A stretch of 64,000 nucleotides of DNA from Candidatus Kerfeldbacteria bacterium RIFCSPLOWO2_02_FULL_42_19 (GTDB taxonomy: Bacteria > Patescibacteriota > Patescibacteriia > HO2-48-17). Below are positions 38,001 to 48,700 of the stretch, in pieces. Both the position numbers and the translations under genes were made by a program. Numbering within the stretch: the stretch's first letter is position 1; every line of letters begins with the position of its first letter. The notes beneath the pieces are model-generated. The model ran no database searches. It worked only from the letters and a program-made list of their open reading frames with translations, and was not told the DNA's origin. The stretch spans positions 17,148 through 81,147 of the forward strand of contig MHKF01000006.1 in NCBI GenBank assembly GCA_001818315.1. Direction: 5' to 3'.

Positions 38001-41000
38001 GCCACAGCAGCATATTCGGAATATGCGAGTATCAACACAATACATCTCAATGGGCAGCGTTTGAGTTGCGAACCAAAAGATCTTGGTTGCGAGGCATATA
38101 CGGATGTCAAAGACAAAAGCGTTATTCCGGCAGTGATCACGAATCCAGTTTCAGAACTTTGTACCCAAGGGGTTAATAAAGATTACTCCAAAGCAAGTTG
38201 TAATCAGTGTGATCAAGGGCAAGTCGGGTGCGATTTCTATGAGGAAGTGCCGCTTAAGAATCAACCGCCAGATCCACTCGCGCCCGAAAGAACTGGTTTT
38301 TACTGTTCCAATTATCCAAATAGTGAAGCGCGAAGTTGCACCCCAGCATATTGCGACAATAATCCAAGTATTCTCTGTGATCCAACCGCTGATATTAATA
38401 CCCTTCGTGTCGTATGTGGACATAGTAATCCGACATGTGTGAACTCCGCGCCAGCGCAGTGCGGCGATCCAAGTGCAACATGTTTGCCACAAGTTTCGAT
38501 CATCCCGAAAACCGGTAAAAAATGTCGCGCTCAATACGTAGGCTGTGAAGAATACACGAATCTCGACATCGTAGGACAAGGCGGTGAAGGTTTGGAATAC
38601 TATAATCGTATCAAACAATGCGTTAAACCTGTTGATGGCGATCCGACGCAAGGCACGTACTACACTTGGGTCGGTTCAGAGACCGCTGGATATCAACTCA
38701 AAGCATTCAAACTCAAAAAGAGTAATATTACAGATCATAGCTTTTGCCCGGGTAATCAACAGATTTGTGATGTGAATGACATGATTAATGAAACAGGGAC
38801 AGCGCCTTGTACGCAACTTGATGTTGGTGATACTGCGAATCCAAACGCTGATTGCCAAGATACGATACAAGGTGATCCCGCAACATGTATAGAAGCAGAT
38901 CTTGAGACGAATCCAGACTGCGGACAATTCTACGATAGCGGTGGAAATATTTTCTACCGTTTGCGTTCGCGAGTGATTAGCGTTTCTGAAGAATGCAATC
39001 CCTTGCGCAGCACGATTGATAACAACGTTTACTACGCGATTCGATCACAGAGTAAAGTATGTCCCGCGCAAATGAACGGCTGCCGAGAATATAAAGGCAG
39101 CGCAGGGAACAACGTGCGCATACTCCTCCAAGAGAATTTCGAAAATACTACTTTTGAGGGAGCAGGGCTGAGCAATGAAGGCGCGATCGCCGGTTTCGGC
39201 GACCAGTCGATGGAGATTCGCATGGAAAATAACACAGATCCCAATGAAGGCTTTACTGATATACCGCAAACGCTCCTTACCAAAGGCAACGCCTACATCG
39301 TTTCGTTCTGGGCACGCAGCGGCACAAGTTCTGAAACAAATACACTCACAGTCAGCGCGATCTTCCGCAAGAAAGATGGCAGTGGCGTTCTCGAATTCGG
39401 CGAAACAACCCTCGAGCCGACGAATGACTGGAATTTGTACCGACTCGGTCCACTTGTTTTTGATCGCGAAGTTACCGATCAAGAAGTCTTTGCAATTCGC
39501 CTTAATCCACAAGACGCCAGTTACCCAAAGAGTCTTCAAATCGATAACCTCAAAATCACCGACAGCACGAGTCAATACCTGATTAAAGGCAGCGCGGCTA
39601 TTTGTCCAAAATTTGAAGGCTGTCGGGAATACTCAGATAGACAAGGCCGCACGAATTATCTCAAGTCGTTCACGCGGCTGTGTGAGCAGCGTTTCCTCGG
39701 CTGCGAAATTGCACTTGATACGCAGAATTCAAATCTCCCATTTGCTCAAAGTTTTAACTTAAACAACCCTGAAAAAGATCCGCAAGGTAAAGATGACGTT
39801 ATTGTTCCAGCGGATCAAGCGACACTTGTCGTAAATAATCCGAATAACTTTTGTTTTGCGACGGCTGAAGGTTGTAGCGCGCTCGGCTCCCCGAACGAAA
39901 ATAAGCAAGAAAACAAAATCGACGGATTTAGTACGACATATCGGATTAAAGATCCGGATAATTACGGTACGACATTGTGTCAGGATCATCAGATCATGTG
40001 TCGCGAATACCAATACGGAGAGACTCAATATTATTTCAAAGACCCCGGCAATAAGGCCTGTGAATATAGAATCGTGGGGCAGGATTTTAGTCCATCCGCA
40101 CCGAGTAACGATATATACGGCTGGGCAAAATTTGGTAAAGACGAAGGCTGTCCATTATTCAATCCATATGATTTTCCATCACGACCAAGCGGTTCCGTGT
40201 GTGCCGCGGGCGATCGTGTAGGTCAGCCGTGTCAACGAGACAGCGAATGTCCGGTAAGTTTCTGCACGAGCGATATTGCAGATGATCCAACAACACCAAA
40301 TACTGACGAAAGTCGCGGTTGGGTAGGTGCGTGTCCCGAAAGCGCTGATTCGTGCACATTGTATCTGGATACCTACGGCACGAATCCACGTGACGAAGAA
40401 ATTTTGAATTCAAGTTTCGAAACCGATGTACGTAATAACGCAACAGGAGAATACACTCCCGACAATATTCCTGATGATTGGCATCTCACCGCCTGCAGTG
40501 ACGGAACTTGCACGATCGCACGTGAAACCGGTCAGATTCGTAGCGGCGAAGCAAGTCTCAAAATCGAAGGAGGAGTAGGCAATCCAACCTTTACCATCGC
40601 AAGTGAACCCATGCGTGTGGATTCCAACGATATTTATACCCTGCGTGGCTATGTCCGGAAAAATTTCAATGGCATATTTGATCTTGGTCTCGCTTTCTTC
40701 GATCGTGATGGCAATCTCATAAGCGAAAATCCATTTATTGCTGCAAAACAAGAAGCGCTTACCGATCTGTCAGAAAAATGGGTTGCCTTTCAAGGAACGA
40801 TTGGTCCAACACAAAAAGGACCCGAACTCGCATTGGTGGAGTTCCCGCAAGATACTTTGGAAGTCAAGATTCTCATTGGTGGTACGACCGGTAGTGGCGG
40901 CATTTTTGTCGATGATGTTTCGTTCGATCACAACGACGAATATTATTATCTCGAAAACAGCGTCGACACCAAAAGCTGTCGAGGAAACGCAAATCGGGAT

Positions 41001-44000
41001 GATGGATGTGTAGTTTTGAATAACGTCACACAAAGTACACAAAATTATCGGGCTGATGATCCACGCACGCCGTTCGATGAATCAAAGTCTATCACGAGAA
41101 CCGAAGGCTACGACCCCGCGATTGCGAGTTGCGAACTCAATAGCATCGATGAAAGTAACACATGCCGCTGGAAACCAAACGCAGGAGTCGGAAATCAGGT
41201 GATTAAGGTGCGTCCAGATCGCGATTGCAAAGAATGGCTCGCCTGTTCGAGCGCCTACGCCGTAGAAAATCCGGACACTCGAGCGAAAGATTACTACTGC
41301 TTCGATGTTGGTCGCTGTCGTAATCTCTCAGAGGACGGTGTGTGCAATGACTGGGTTTACAAACCCGACCGCTACGAACTGACTGAAGAAAATATGACCG
41401 AAGTCAATTCGGCGCCGGGAGACACCGAAGAGCTTGAAAAAATACAGAATCTTACTGGGTACGTAAAAGCAGGTCTCAAAGCAGTCGTACCAAATCCACA
41501 AGGTGGGAGTTCACCAGCTCGTATCAAAGGATATTATACTTTCGACGCGATGCCGCAGGTAGGAATCTCTGGTAGGAATTCTTCACGTGACATTGTGTAC
41601 AGTGGAAGATTCGAAAACACATTCTGCGCTCAAGGGAGTATCGGCGCGTCTTGCACACTCGATCAACACTGTCGTAGAGTCGATCCGGCAACAGGGCAAC
41701 TTACAGATACAGAACCTGGAGCTTGCGTCAATCCACCCCGCGGTTGGTCAAAAACTGGCGGAGAAGGCAACAGCATTCAGGTGATTGATTTTGATGAGAC
41801 GATCGCACTGCCGTATGAAACCGCCCCAGAAACGATTCAAGTAGATTTACCTAATGTCTTGAAGGTCGTACCAAGTGGGGAACAAAGTAACGGTGCACAG
41901 TTGATGTTGCAGGATGATCTCATTCAACCCAATGGAGAGTATGTTCTTTCTTTTGACGGGCGCTATTTTACCGCGCCGACAGATGACGACACGTTGCGCA
42001 TTGGATTTTCCTATAACACAACCTGCAATGAAACAAGTTGCACGCGGGATAAAGTAGACATGTTCTCCGACGTGTGTCGTGGCGGAGTTCGTGACGGCCT
42101 TTTCTGCGACATCAACGCAGGTCAAAAACGATGCGCGGGTGGAGATAATAACGGCGATGAATGTAGCGCCGAAATAGATTGTCCAAACGGAACCTGCACC
42201 GCAAAAGTATGCATCAATGCAGGAGGAAACACGGGCCAGTCCTGTCTGGATGTGGACATTTGCCGTGTAGGACTCCCAATAGAGGAAGTAGGATTAGCGC
42301 GCTGCGGTGTGCCCTCCAACTGTCCTGATGGCGAATGTGTCCAAGATGCATTCAAAATGACTGGACAGATGCAACGCTATACTCTTGGCCCCGTCATGGT
42401 AAGTAATAAACCAACGGTGAAAGAACTTCGGTGTTCGAATGACATCAATAGTAGTTGCGTCAACGATGATGACTGTTCGGAAGATGGCATTTGTATCGAG
42501 CTTTCCACAACATTACTCTTCTTTGAACAAAGAGCAGCGAGTGCAAACACACCTTTCTTAATAGATAATGTTTCCTTGAAACCAGTACTGGAAGTGAGTA
42601 AAATTGTTGGTCTCGTTTCGCGCAACTGCCGAAGTTATCCGCGAGAAAATGCTCTCGGTTGCGATTACTTAGACATTAACCGTATTACCTATCGCGGATG
42701 GTATGGTTATTGTCTGGAATATGACCCATTGAATAAAAATCAGTGTTTGGTCTGGTGGCCAGTAGATGTAATCGGTGGAGAATCATCGCTCGCACCGCGT
42801 GTTCGAGCGGGTTACAGCGAACGCACACCTCTGTACATGTGTGTGGCCTCCAGCGGAACGCGTATTCGGGACACAAAGTATTGTGTGAATCATGACAATC
42901 CTGAATATGCCGGCAAAGTCTGTGAGTTGGATAATCAGTGCGGCGGGGGTCGATGTATTACTATGCAGGATACTGGCGAATACTCTCTCTTCCCAAAAGA
43001 TTATACATTCAAAGCAGCATATGATAATAATGGAAAACTTTTTTGCGGTAATACACACTCGCAGGTTTTTGCGTGTACAAGCAGTGTATTAACAGAACAA
43101 CAAGCGATTTTGGAAGATATTGTAGATCGAAAAGTCTGTGTCACACAAACCGAATGTACAACGGACTCTGAATGCGCTGTACAGGTACCGGAAACAGGAC
43201 ACATAACCTATACAAAATGCCTCGATGGCTTTTGTGTTGATACGCGGACATGCGAAAATGATGGTGATTGTCCGAATTCGAGTACCTGCGAACCCTGGTA
43301 TGATGATACGGTACCTGAAGATGAAATTATCATCCCCGGATATTGCGCCGGAAATATGTTTCGGCCGTGTAATATTCGTAATGAAATGAGCGGCGATGCC
43401 ACTAATTCGGATTGTTTTCTATCGGTCGGTGAATTCGGTGAAGAATGTATTCCAGATTTTGATATACCAGAGACCAGAGTGGAAGGAAAAGTGCGAGTAG
43501 CCATTCCTGAATGCGATGAAGATAACCTTCCGGGCGACGACGTGACTATAGTTGATTGGGGTCCATGTATTCCGTCGATTTGTGACTATATGGGTGGCGT
43601 ATGTGCTTCAGAACCAGAGAGTAGTGCAGGACTCCCAACGTATGGTGCTGTGTGTTTTAACGATCCAAGTTTGAGTTGCGGCGACGGTGTCAATTGTCCT
43701 GCAGACGCAGGAAGCTGTGTGTTCTCAACAACCACACGTTGGCAATGTGTTGGTGGAGCGAACGAGGGACTACCATGTACGCAGCACGGTGACTGTGACA
43801 GTAACCTCTGCTCAATGTGGCTACCACGTTTCGATGGCGTAACTGGCAGACTCTATAATTTCGCTGCTCAACTCGAACAGATCCCAGGCTATGCTGATAT
43901 TCAACACGTTATATTTGACACATTTGTTGCTGGTCAGGTTCAACCGAAAGATACTATTATTATTCCTGTAGGATACGTCACAGACCCTGGTTGTAATCAA

Positions 44001-45779
44001 GATAATACCGAATGTGGATATGGCGGTTCAGGTCCTGGTCTTGGAGGCGATAACTATGATATACGCGCGGTCAAGGCAAATGGCGGTATGGTATCTTATG
44101 GATTGAACCCCACTGATAATCCTTTTAACGATATTCCAACAGGTATCCTCTATCAACCGAAAGAAGGTGAAAGCATTGATCAACTTCCACAAGGAGGCGC
44201 CTATGGGAGTGCGAATCCACAGAGAGATCCCCCGGATTTCCTCGTGTGGTCGCAGTCTACTCAGGGTTCAAATAGATGGAGATCTAACGGCCGAGTTGTA
44301 GGTCTCTGGCTTGATAGCGAAAACGGAAAAATAAAAAATGCTTGGGCACTCATCTGGAATGACGGATCTATCAATGAAATTCGCTTCAAATTTGTTCTGC
44401 GTGAATCGTGTCAGTATTTCGCGAAAGTTGTGGATTTCGATGGAAAAAATGTAGCATGGGTGCAACGCTCGAAACGTGGGAGTGCGTATCATGTACCTGA
44501 AGTACTCTTTAATTTTTATCATGATTTCAATCCTTTCGGTGGAATGACTCCGGCCACTGGCGATGATCCACAAACGTGGGATAGTCGAATTCTGACAGAA
44601 ACAAGTCCTGGCGAAGTAGGGAAACAGCCCCCATTTGTAGAGCTTCCGGATGATTATCGTGATCCAGAGCAAGGCATTGATGATGCAGTAGGTGATCCTC
44701 CAGTTTGGCAATTCCGCGCCGGAAGGCCGTATGCGTGTGTAGGGAATTGCGGTGTAGGAAAGTGTGATAATTGGGTCACAGATATATCTTGTACAACGGA
44801 TGCGCGATGTTATCTTGAAGGATCTCACGGACGATGCATTGGGGCCATTGGTATTTGTGTGAATGCCCAGAATCAAGCGGCAGAAAAACCAACATATTGT
44901 AATAACGATCAGAATTGTCGAGACGCAAATCTGCTCTTCCCGATTTGTAAAACGGACTTCCGAAAAAATGGTTATTATTACATCAATAGTAGGGATCGTT
45001 CCGCACAAGAACTGGCGGTTGCAAAAAATGCTGTAGTTGACAGACTGCGATATGTATTTGCGGATATTTTGGAAGTGCTGCGGTATACACAACCCGGAAC
45101 TGGTGTTGATAATTTAGGAGGTTTCGTCACTCTCCCTCCGGAGACACTTTTTACACAAGCTGATGGGTTCACATATTATAAACTGATGCCTATCTGTTCA
45201 GCACCGCGCGGTAATACTGATTACTGTGGCTTGAGACCCGAAGTGAGTCAGATCAAAATGAATGAACTGCCAGAACAGGACAACATGGAAATCGATCTGG
45301 GAAGGGGTGGAGAGGTATCATTAAGTTTTGCTGCTCGTGTTGATTTGGAACAGTATCCATTGAAACATATTGTCATTGACTGGGATGATGGAGCCGATCC
45401 ATTTGTGGATATTTGGGAAGCAGCGCCACTCACGAAACACACATATATTCATGCATATAAGTGTAAAGGACCAGAGGATCCAAATTATAACGCCTATACC
45501 GGCGGCAATCCCGATAGTCGTTGTCATTTTAATCCTAAAATTCGTATCGTCGATAACTGGGATTGGTGTAGTGGAAACGAAATTGCGAATATCGGGCCGG
45601 GGGCAGACATCGCAACAGATCTCACGAATTGCAGTGATCTCGCGCAAGATTGTCGTAATCTTCAGAACGCTGTGGATGACGGAAGTGGCAATAACGGTGA
45701 TAACGGCGAGTGGACCTGTAACACCTGGGATGTGATTGGATCACCTGGCACCCTTGGATTGATTCACGTGAATCCGTAA
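35028..45779 (+). CDS. Giant (3583 aa) secreted cysteine-rich multi-domain surface protein with repeated CBM4_9/galactose-binding-like beta-sandwich modules
   Basis: It is an uninterrupted 10.75-kb ORF. The N-terminal signal-peptide-like segment is KKMLFMSVFTLGVLLQSFMIARPVFAQG. Hundreds of Cys residues occur in recurring motifs (CRAYGYC, CRAQYVGCEEYT, NGCREYKGS, EGCREYSDRQG, MCREYQYGE, LGCEAYTD, GCEKFIST). At least four modules begin with N..FE and carry CBM4_9-type strands, starting near aa 760, 1360 (ENFENTTFEGAG...GNAYIVSFWARSG), 1790 (ILNSSFETD...YTLRGYVRK) and 2290. No LPXTG or other recognised anchor motif is at the C-terminus. Confidence 0.7.
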   Translation: MQVNDARKNKKYTRAHLGWKKMLFMSVFTLGVLLQSFMIARPVFAQGFIGDPFFDPHGFTPAEEINYTAVEPPGGGLPVAVTVDTPGFFRRIMDKIATIAKTIYEKAGRAAVKGMIRVVLTKVAYETAVWIASGDNKQKPLLFTSQWDEYLEDAGDAALGEAFQTLAMKNGYLRFNVCDPFDNRVNLAIQLGLDFATGRPQKPQCTFKEMRERWSEVRDDPAAQKKFLSNFKVSWDIEQNDIGQFLSLQTTFLATQAQKEKSAQLQRQASDPFKDVTGKISQFIETPAQVVAGVQKDAFEKSSNEFLVLVGDPAADALGVFTSTLMSKLLARIKGGVYSFGDLVREDYRNEQGGFVDATAFAPAGGGSGLFNPSGASAPGVAAAEAHYASIADISFSSGDEFQVLADLVACPSEGAQAINCTIDEKFRIAINDRLTVREALDQKLLDGKKPFGFGTQGQPIPNVRDGYSYRSVIVLQRYLIVPVGWKIAAEYIRDFNPGNFTLTDLVSAYDKCGPDNYSPFCGLVDPDWVLKAPANYCRKQGFGNPVAKGEYVDQDGNPATPRKPFIVRQEICVDDQSCIQENPDGTCRAYGYCTEQKRIWRFVGERCEPAYNTCRTLTDTATGQRASLLLNTVNFNDCSRDVAGCQWLCQVFNPLDNDWQCAGNGVVYPTCDAAHDPDGDGNCDGTTGGATCATNPCAIESGRFRCQNTDDEICYLNPESDNPREFNDASISLDRDAPNCDSKNAGCEKFISTRNGTNLINNPSFEYFADNPLDPQPLTFSSEGAGDVLNDNDADVFGFCDGRGGDTHACDDDSDCAGECVGWQSFGAPIVLGVSDPVARGQVAVKFVGTNDAEADTLMYEYESNTELANRSFDLSFRYRKTGGGGACTVKLKYNTDQDSDIATKTLAVNESWTEEKWSTDQLITLPNTRQCYGGNDGSPCTRNSECGGGVCRSDTSLEIRIGVEPAGCELLIDEVKLEEIKPLNFESATATAAYSEYASINTIHLNGQRLSCEPKDLGCEAYTDVKDKSVIPAVITNPVSELCTQGVNKDYSKASCNQCDQGQVGCDFYEEVPLKNQPPDPLAPERTGFYCSNYPNSEARSCTPAYCDNNPSILCDPTADINTLRVVCGHSNPTCVNSAPAQCGDPSATCLPQVSIIPKTGKKCRAQYVGCEEYTNLDIVGQGGEGLEYYNRIKQCVKPVDGDPTQGTYYTWVGSETAGYQLKAFKLKKSNITDHSFCPGNQQICDVNDMINETGTAPCTQLDVGDTANPNADCQDTIQGDPATCIEADLETNPDCGQFYDSGGNIFYRLRSRVISVSEECNPLRSTIDNNVYYAIRSQSKVCPAQMNGCREYKGSAGNNVRILLQENFENTTFEGAGLSNEGAIAGFGDQSMEIRMENNTDPNEGFTDIPQTLLTKGNAYIVSFWARSGTSSETNTLTVSAIFRKKDGSGVLEFGETTLEPTNDWNLYRLGPLVFDREVTDQEVFAIRLNPQDASYPKSLQIDNLKITDSTSQYLIKGSAAICPKFEGCREYSDRQGRTNYLKSFTRLCEQRFLGCEIALDTQNSNLPFAQSFNLNNPEKDPQGKDDVIVPADQATLVVNNPNNFCFATAEGCSALGSPNENKQENKIDGFSTTYRIKDPDNYGTTLCQDHQIMCREYQYGETQYYFKDPGNKACEYRIVGQDFSPSAPSNDIYGWAKFGKDEGCPLFNPYDFPSRPSGSVCAAGDRVGQPCQRDSECPVSFCTSDIADDPTTPNTDESRGWVGACPESADSCTLYLDTYGTNPRDEEILNSSFETDVRNNATGEYTPDNIPDDWHLTACSDGTCTIARETGQIRSGEASLKIEGGVGNPTFTIASEPMRVDSNDIYTLRGYVRKNFNGIFDLGLAFFDRDGNLISENPFIAAKQEALTDLSEKWVAFQGTIGPTQKGPELALVEFPQDTLEVKILIGGTTGSGGIFVDDVSFDHNDEYYYLENSVDTKSCRGNANRDDGCVVLNNVTQSTQNYRADDPRTPFDESKSITRTEGYDPAIASCELNSIDESNTCRWKPNAGVGNQVIKVRPDRDCKEWLACSSAYAVENPDTRAKDYYCFDVGRCRNLSEDGVCNDWVYKPDRYELTEENMTEVNSAPGDTEELEKIQNLTGYVKAGLKAVVPNPQGGSSPARIKGYYTFDAMPQVGISGRNSSRDIVYSGRFENTFCAQGSIGASCTLDQHCRRVDPATGQLTDTEPGACVNPPRGWSKTGGEGNSIQVIDFDETIALPYETAPETIQVDLPNVLKVVPSGEQSNGAQLMLQDDLIQPNGEYVLSFDGRYFTAPTDDDTLRIGFSYNTTCNETSCTRDKVDMFSDVCRGGVRDGLFCDINAGQKRCAGGDNNGDECSAEIDCPNGTCTAKVCINAGGNTGQSCLDVDICRVGLPIEEVGLARCGVPSNCPDGECVQDAFKMTGQMQRYTLGPVMVSNKPTVKELRCSNDINSSCVNDDDCSEDGICIELSTTLLFFEQRAASANTPFLIDNVSLKPVLEVSKIVGLVSRNCRSYPRENALGCDYLDINRITYRGWYGYCLEYDPLNKNQCLVWWPVDVIGGESSLAPRVRAGYSERTPLYMCVASSGTRIRDTKYCVNHDNPEYAGKVCELDNQCGGGRCITMQDTGEYSLFPKDYTFKAAYDNNGKLFCGNTHSQVFACTSSVLTEQQAILEDIVDRKVCVTQTECTTDSECAVQVPETGHITYTKCLDGFCVDTRTCENDGDCPNSSTCEPWYDDTVPEDEIIIPGYCAGNMFRPCNIRNEMSGDATNSDCFLSVGEFGEECIPDFDIPETRVEGKVRVAIPECDEDNLPGDDVTIVDWGPCIPSICDYMGGVCASEPESSAGLPTYGAVCFNDPSLSCGDGVNCPADAGSCVFSTTTRWQCVGGANEGLPCTQHGDCDSNLCSMWLPRFDGVTGRLYNFAAQLEQIPGYADIQHVIFDTFVAGQVQPKDTIIIPVGYVTDPGCNQDNTECGYGGSGPGLGGDNYDIRAVKANGGMVSYGLNPTDNPFNDIPTGILYQPKEGESIDQLPQGGAYGSANPQRDPPDFLVWSQSTQGSNRWRSNGRVVGLWLDSENGKIKNAWALIWNDGSINEIRFKFVLRESCQYFAKVVDFDGKNVAWVQRSKRGSAYHVPEVLFNFYHDFNPFGGMTPATGDDPQTWDSRILTETSPGEVGKQPPFVELPDDYRDPEQGIDDAVGDPPVWQFRAGRPYACVGNCGVGKCDNWVTDISCTTDARCYLEGSHGRCIGAIGICVNAQNQAAEKPTYCNNDQNCRDANLLFPICKTDFRKNGYYYINSRDRSAQELAVAKNAVVDRLRYVFADILEVLRYTQPGTGVDNLGGFVTLPPETLFTQADGFTYYKLMPICSAPRGNTDYCGLRPEVSQIKMNELPEQDNMEIDLGRGGEVSLSFAARVDLEQYPLKHIVIDWDDGADPFVDIWEAAPLTKHTYIHAYKCKGPEDPNYNAYTGGNPDSRCHFNPKIRIVDNWDWCSGNEIANIGPGADIATDLTNCSDLAQDCRNLQNAVDDGSGNNGDNGEWTCNTWDVIGSPGTLGLIHVNP

Positions 45780-45791
45780 TCCGAAACATAT

Positions 45792-48700
45792 ATGGACGAA
45801 GTCAAGAAAACATTTAAAAAGAGAAGTTACAAAAGCCGTCTGAGGCGTTGGATACCGCGCATCACAGCGGCGTGGATGGTGTTGATTATCCTCGCAGCGT
45901 TTGGACAATTTTTTGGGGATCACATTATTCCAGCAGTATTAGCGCAAGATAAGCAAGAACCAGATTGGTTAGCACTTCAAATCGCGAAGATTCTGTTTTA
46001 TGTATTTGTTATTCCATTAGGGACGCTCACGACACTTTTGCTAAGGGTATTAATTTATGTTTCAACGATTGGCACTGGAGAATTTACAAAGACTTCGGGC
46101 GTTGTAGTCGGTTGGGCGCTAGTGCGCGATATCAGCAATATGTTTTTTATTATTATTCTTTTGGTGATTGCTTTCGCGACGGTATTGCGCATCAAAACCT
46201 ATAATTATCAAGCGCTCTTGCCGCGGCTTGTGATCATGGCAGTGCTCATCAACTTTAGTAAAACCATCGCTGGAATCTTCATCGATTTTTCTCAGGTGAT
46301 CATGTTGACGTTTATTAACGCCATGAGAGACGCAGCAGAGGTTGGACTCGCTGGAGTACTGGGACTTGGAGACCTGTTGAATCTTGATCAGTCGGTCTTA
46401 CAGGATCCAAATACCCTAAAGGGTATTACCAATACTCAGGTGATTGTGACCCTTATTGCAGCAATTCTTATGCTAGGAATCGCAGCTGTTACTATTCTGA
46501 TTTTTATTGTTACGCTGGTGTTTCGAGTTGCTATGTTGTGGTTTTTGGTAGTACTTTCGCCACTCGCGTTTCTTTCCTGGACATTTCCTAATGCTCGAAA
46601 GTATTCAGCGCAGTGGTGGGGTGAATTTGGCACTTGGACAACCATTGGTCCCATTACTGCGTTTTTCTTGTGGCTCTCGCTCCTCATTGTAGAAGCATCA
46701 AGGCAAGTATTTGTGGATCCCAATAATCAGGAGAGTCTCTCACTTTCCATACCATTAGTTGATCCAAAAACAGTAACAACAGAGAGCGAATTGAATGTCG
46801 GATTGAGTCGCGCAACGAGTAGCGCAGGGGTTTCAAATTTTATCCTTGCAATTTCACTCCTCCTTGCAAGTCAGAAGTTTATTTCACAAATGAGTACACA
46901 AGCAGGGAGCGTGCTCAGTCGCTTTACCGGAAAAGGTGCGGCCTTCTTAGCAGGCGCCATGATTGGCGCATACAAATGGGGCGGACGCACCGTGGGTGGA
47001 GCAGCATACGGACTTGGTCGCGCTGGAGTACAAGGAATAGATTATGCGGCTGGCGGTATTGGTGGGAGAAATAGATTTCGGCCATTTTTAAGCGATAGAA
47101 TTATTCATGGTGTTTCAGAAGGTCTTTCCGGGGTTCCTCTGATTGGAGGGTCGGTCAGAGAATGGCATGCGAATCGAACGCACCGTCTCCGCGAGGAAGC
47201 AAAGAAAGCCGGTGAATACACAAAATACACCACTTATGCTGAAGCAGAGGATTTGATCGGTTCAATACCATTTACGCGTCCAAGACAAGCAGCGCACCGA
47301 GCGCTCAGTAATAGAATGTTTCACATGATTCCCGGTTTGGATACTGCATTAGGACATTTTGAAAATATGGATACCGACGATATGAAACAGGCAATGCCTC
47401 ATGCATACGCCGCTTTTCGCAATCGAGTTTTTACAACTGGGAGTAACGCACAAATCCAGCGATATCTCCAAGCACTTACTAACGACGCATCTTTTTTTAC
47501 GCATCAAGCAGGAGCTGATCGAGCAAAGGCTGCGGGTTGGAATGCAGCAGCAGCGAGATTCGGGGAAAGAGAAGGCCTTTTGCCCCAACTTGGTGGTGTG
47601 GGTGGAGTACCAGCACCAGCGAATGCTGCGAGATCGGTAATAGGTAATGCTAACTTACCTGTTGGTGATCCTAGCAGACTCGTGGTAGATGAGACTCAGT
47701 TTGGACAGTATGATGCCCAGCTTAGTTTTAATCCGGCACATCCTGAAGCTGGACGCTATCACATGGAAAGGCCTTTTGATCGAGAAAAATATTTGCGAAC
47801 TCTGCGAATGTCACAACAGCAAGGCGACGCGTTGTTTCAATCGCCGGAATTTAATGCGGAGATGTATTATCCGCAGGCTCAGTTTGGAGCTATGCAGAAT
47901 CAGCGAAAAGCTCTGGGACTTGATACGCGTGATCAGCAACTTGCACTTCAGCAGGTTCGCGTTGAGCAACAACTCAACCGCATTGGCGGCGCTGATTCGC
48001 TCATCCGTAAAGGCGAGCGTGGGGACACAATGCACAGCGCAACACTTGCCGTCGATTTTAGCGATGTGCGGAGTCCCGAACTTGCACATATACAGGGCAA
48101 GCTTGGCGCAAATCTTTCGGGGACTGATAAACAAGCGTTTATTCATGAGGTCGCCGGCGCTATGGAAAATGTAGCGACGAACAAAGAAGCAGCTCAAAAA
48201 CAATGGAGCGAGACCGCTGAACCTGAAAAAGAAAAAATTCTACGAACCGCACTGAGTGCGCCTGGAAAATCTAACGCACAAGTACAACAGGAACTTGAAA
48301 GTCTCACTGAAAATCAGGAGATCGAACTTTTTCAAAAATCTCAGAAAGATCGCGCTGCGAAATTCCGTACGCATGCCGGTAGTCTGGATACATTGAGTGT
48401 TATTAACAAGGGTAGAGAGATCGGAGACGCACGCATGATCCTGACACACGAAAAAGCGCATGATGAAATGCACGCGCTTTCAACTGAAGAAAAAGACGAA
48501 GTATGGAGTGCAATTCCACAAGAAGCACAGAAACATCTTACAGAGCAGGTGCAACAAAATTGGGCAGGTCTCAAGGTCGATCCTGCTGATACGCCCGAAG
48601 TCGTGCAACAAAAACAAGCAGATATAAAAGAAGAAGCACTCTCGGAAATTATGGCTTATAGTCGTTTGAAAGGAATCGGAAAGAAAGTGCCGGGTGGAGC

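Noticed and set aside
44268-45092. 274-aa minus-strand ORF, and many other 60-170-aa antisense ORFs inside the giant gene and other long genes
   Set aside because: They are embedded antisense to strongly supported long CDSs. They have no recognisable motifs and low-complexity composition, and are typical ORF-finder noise.
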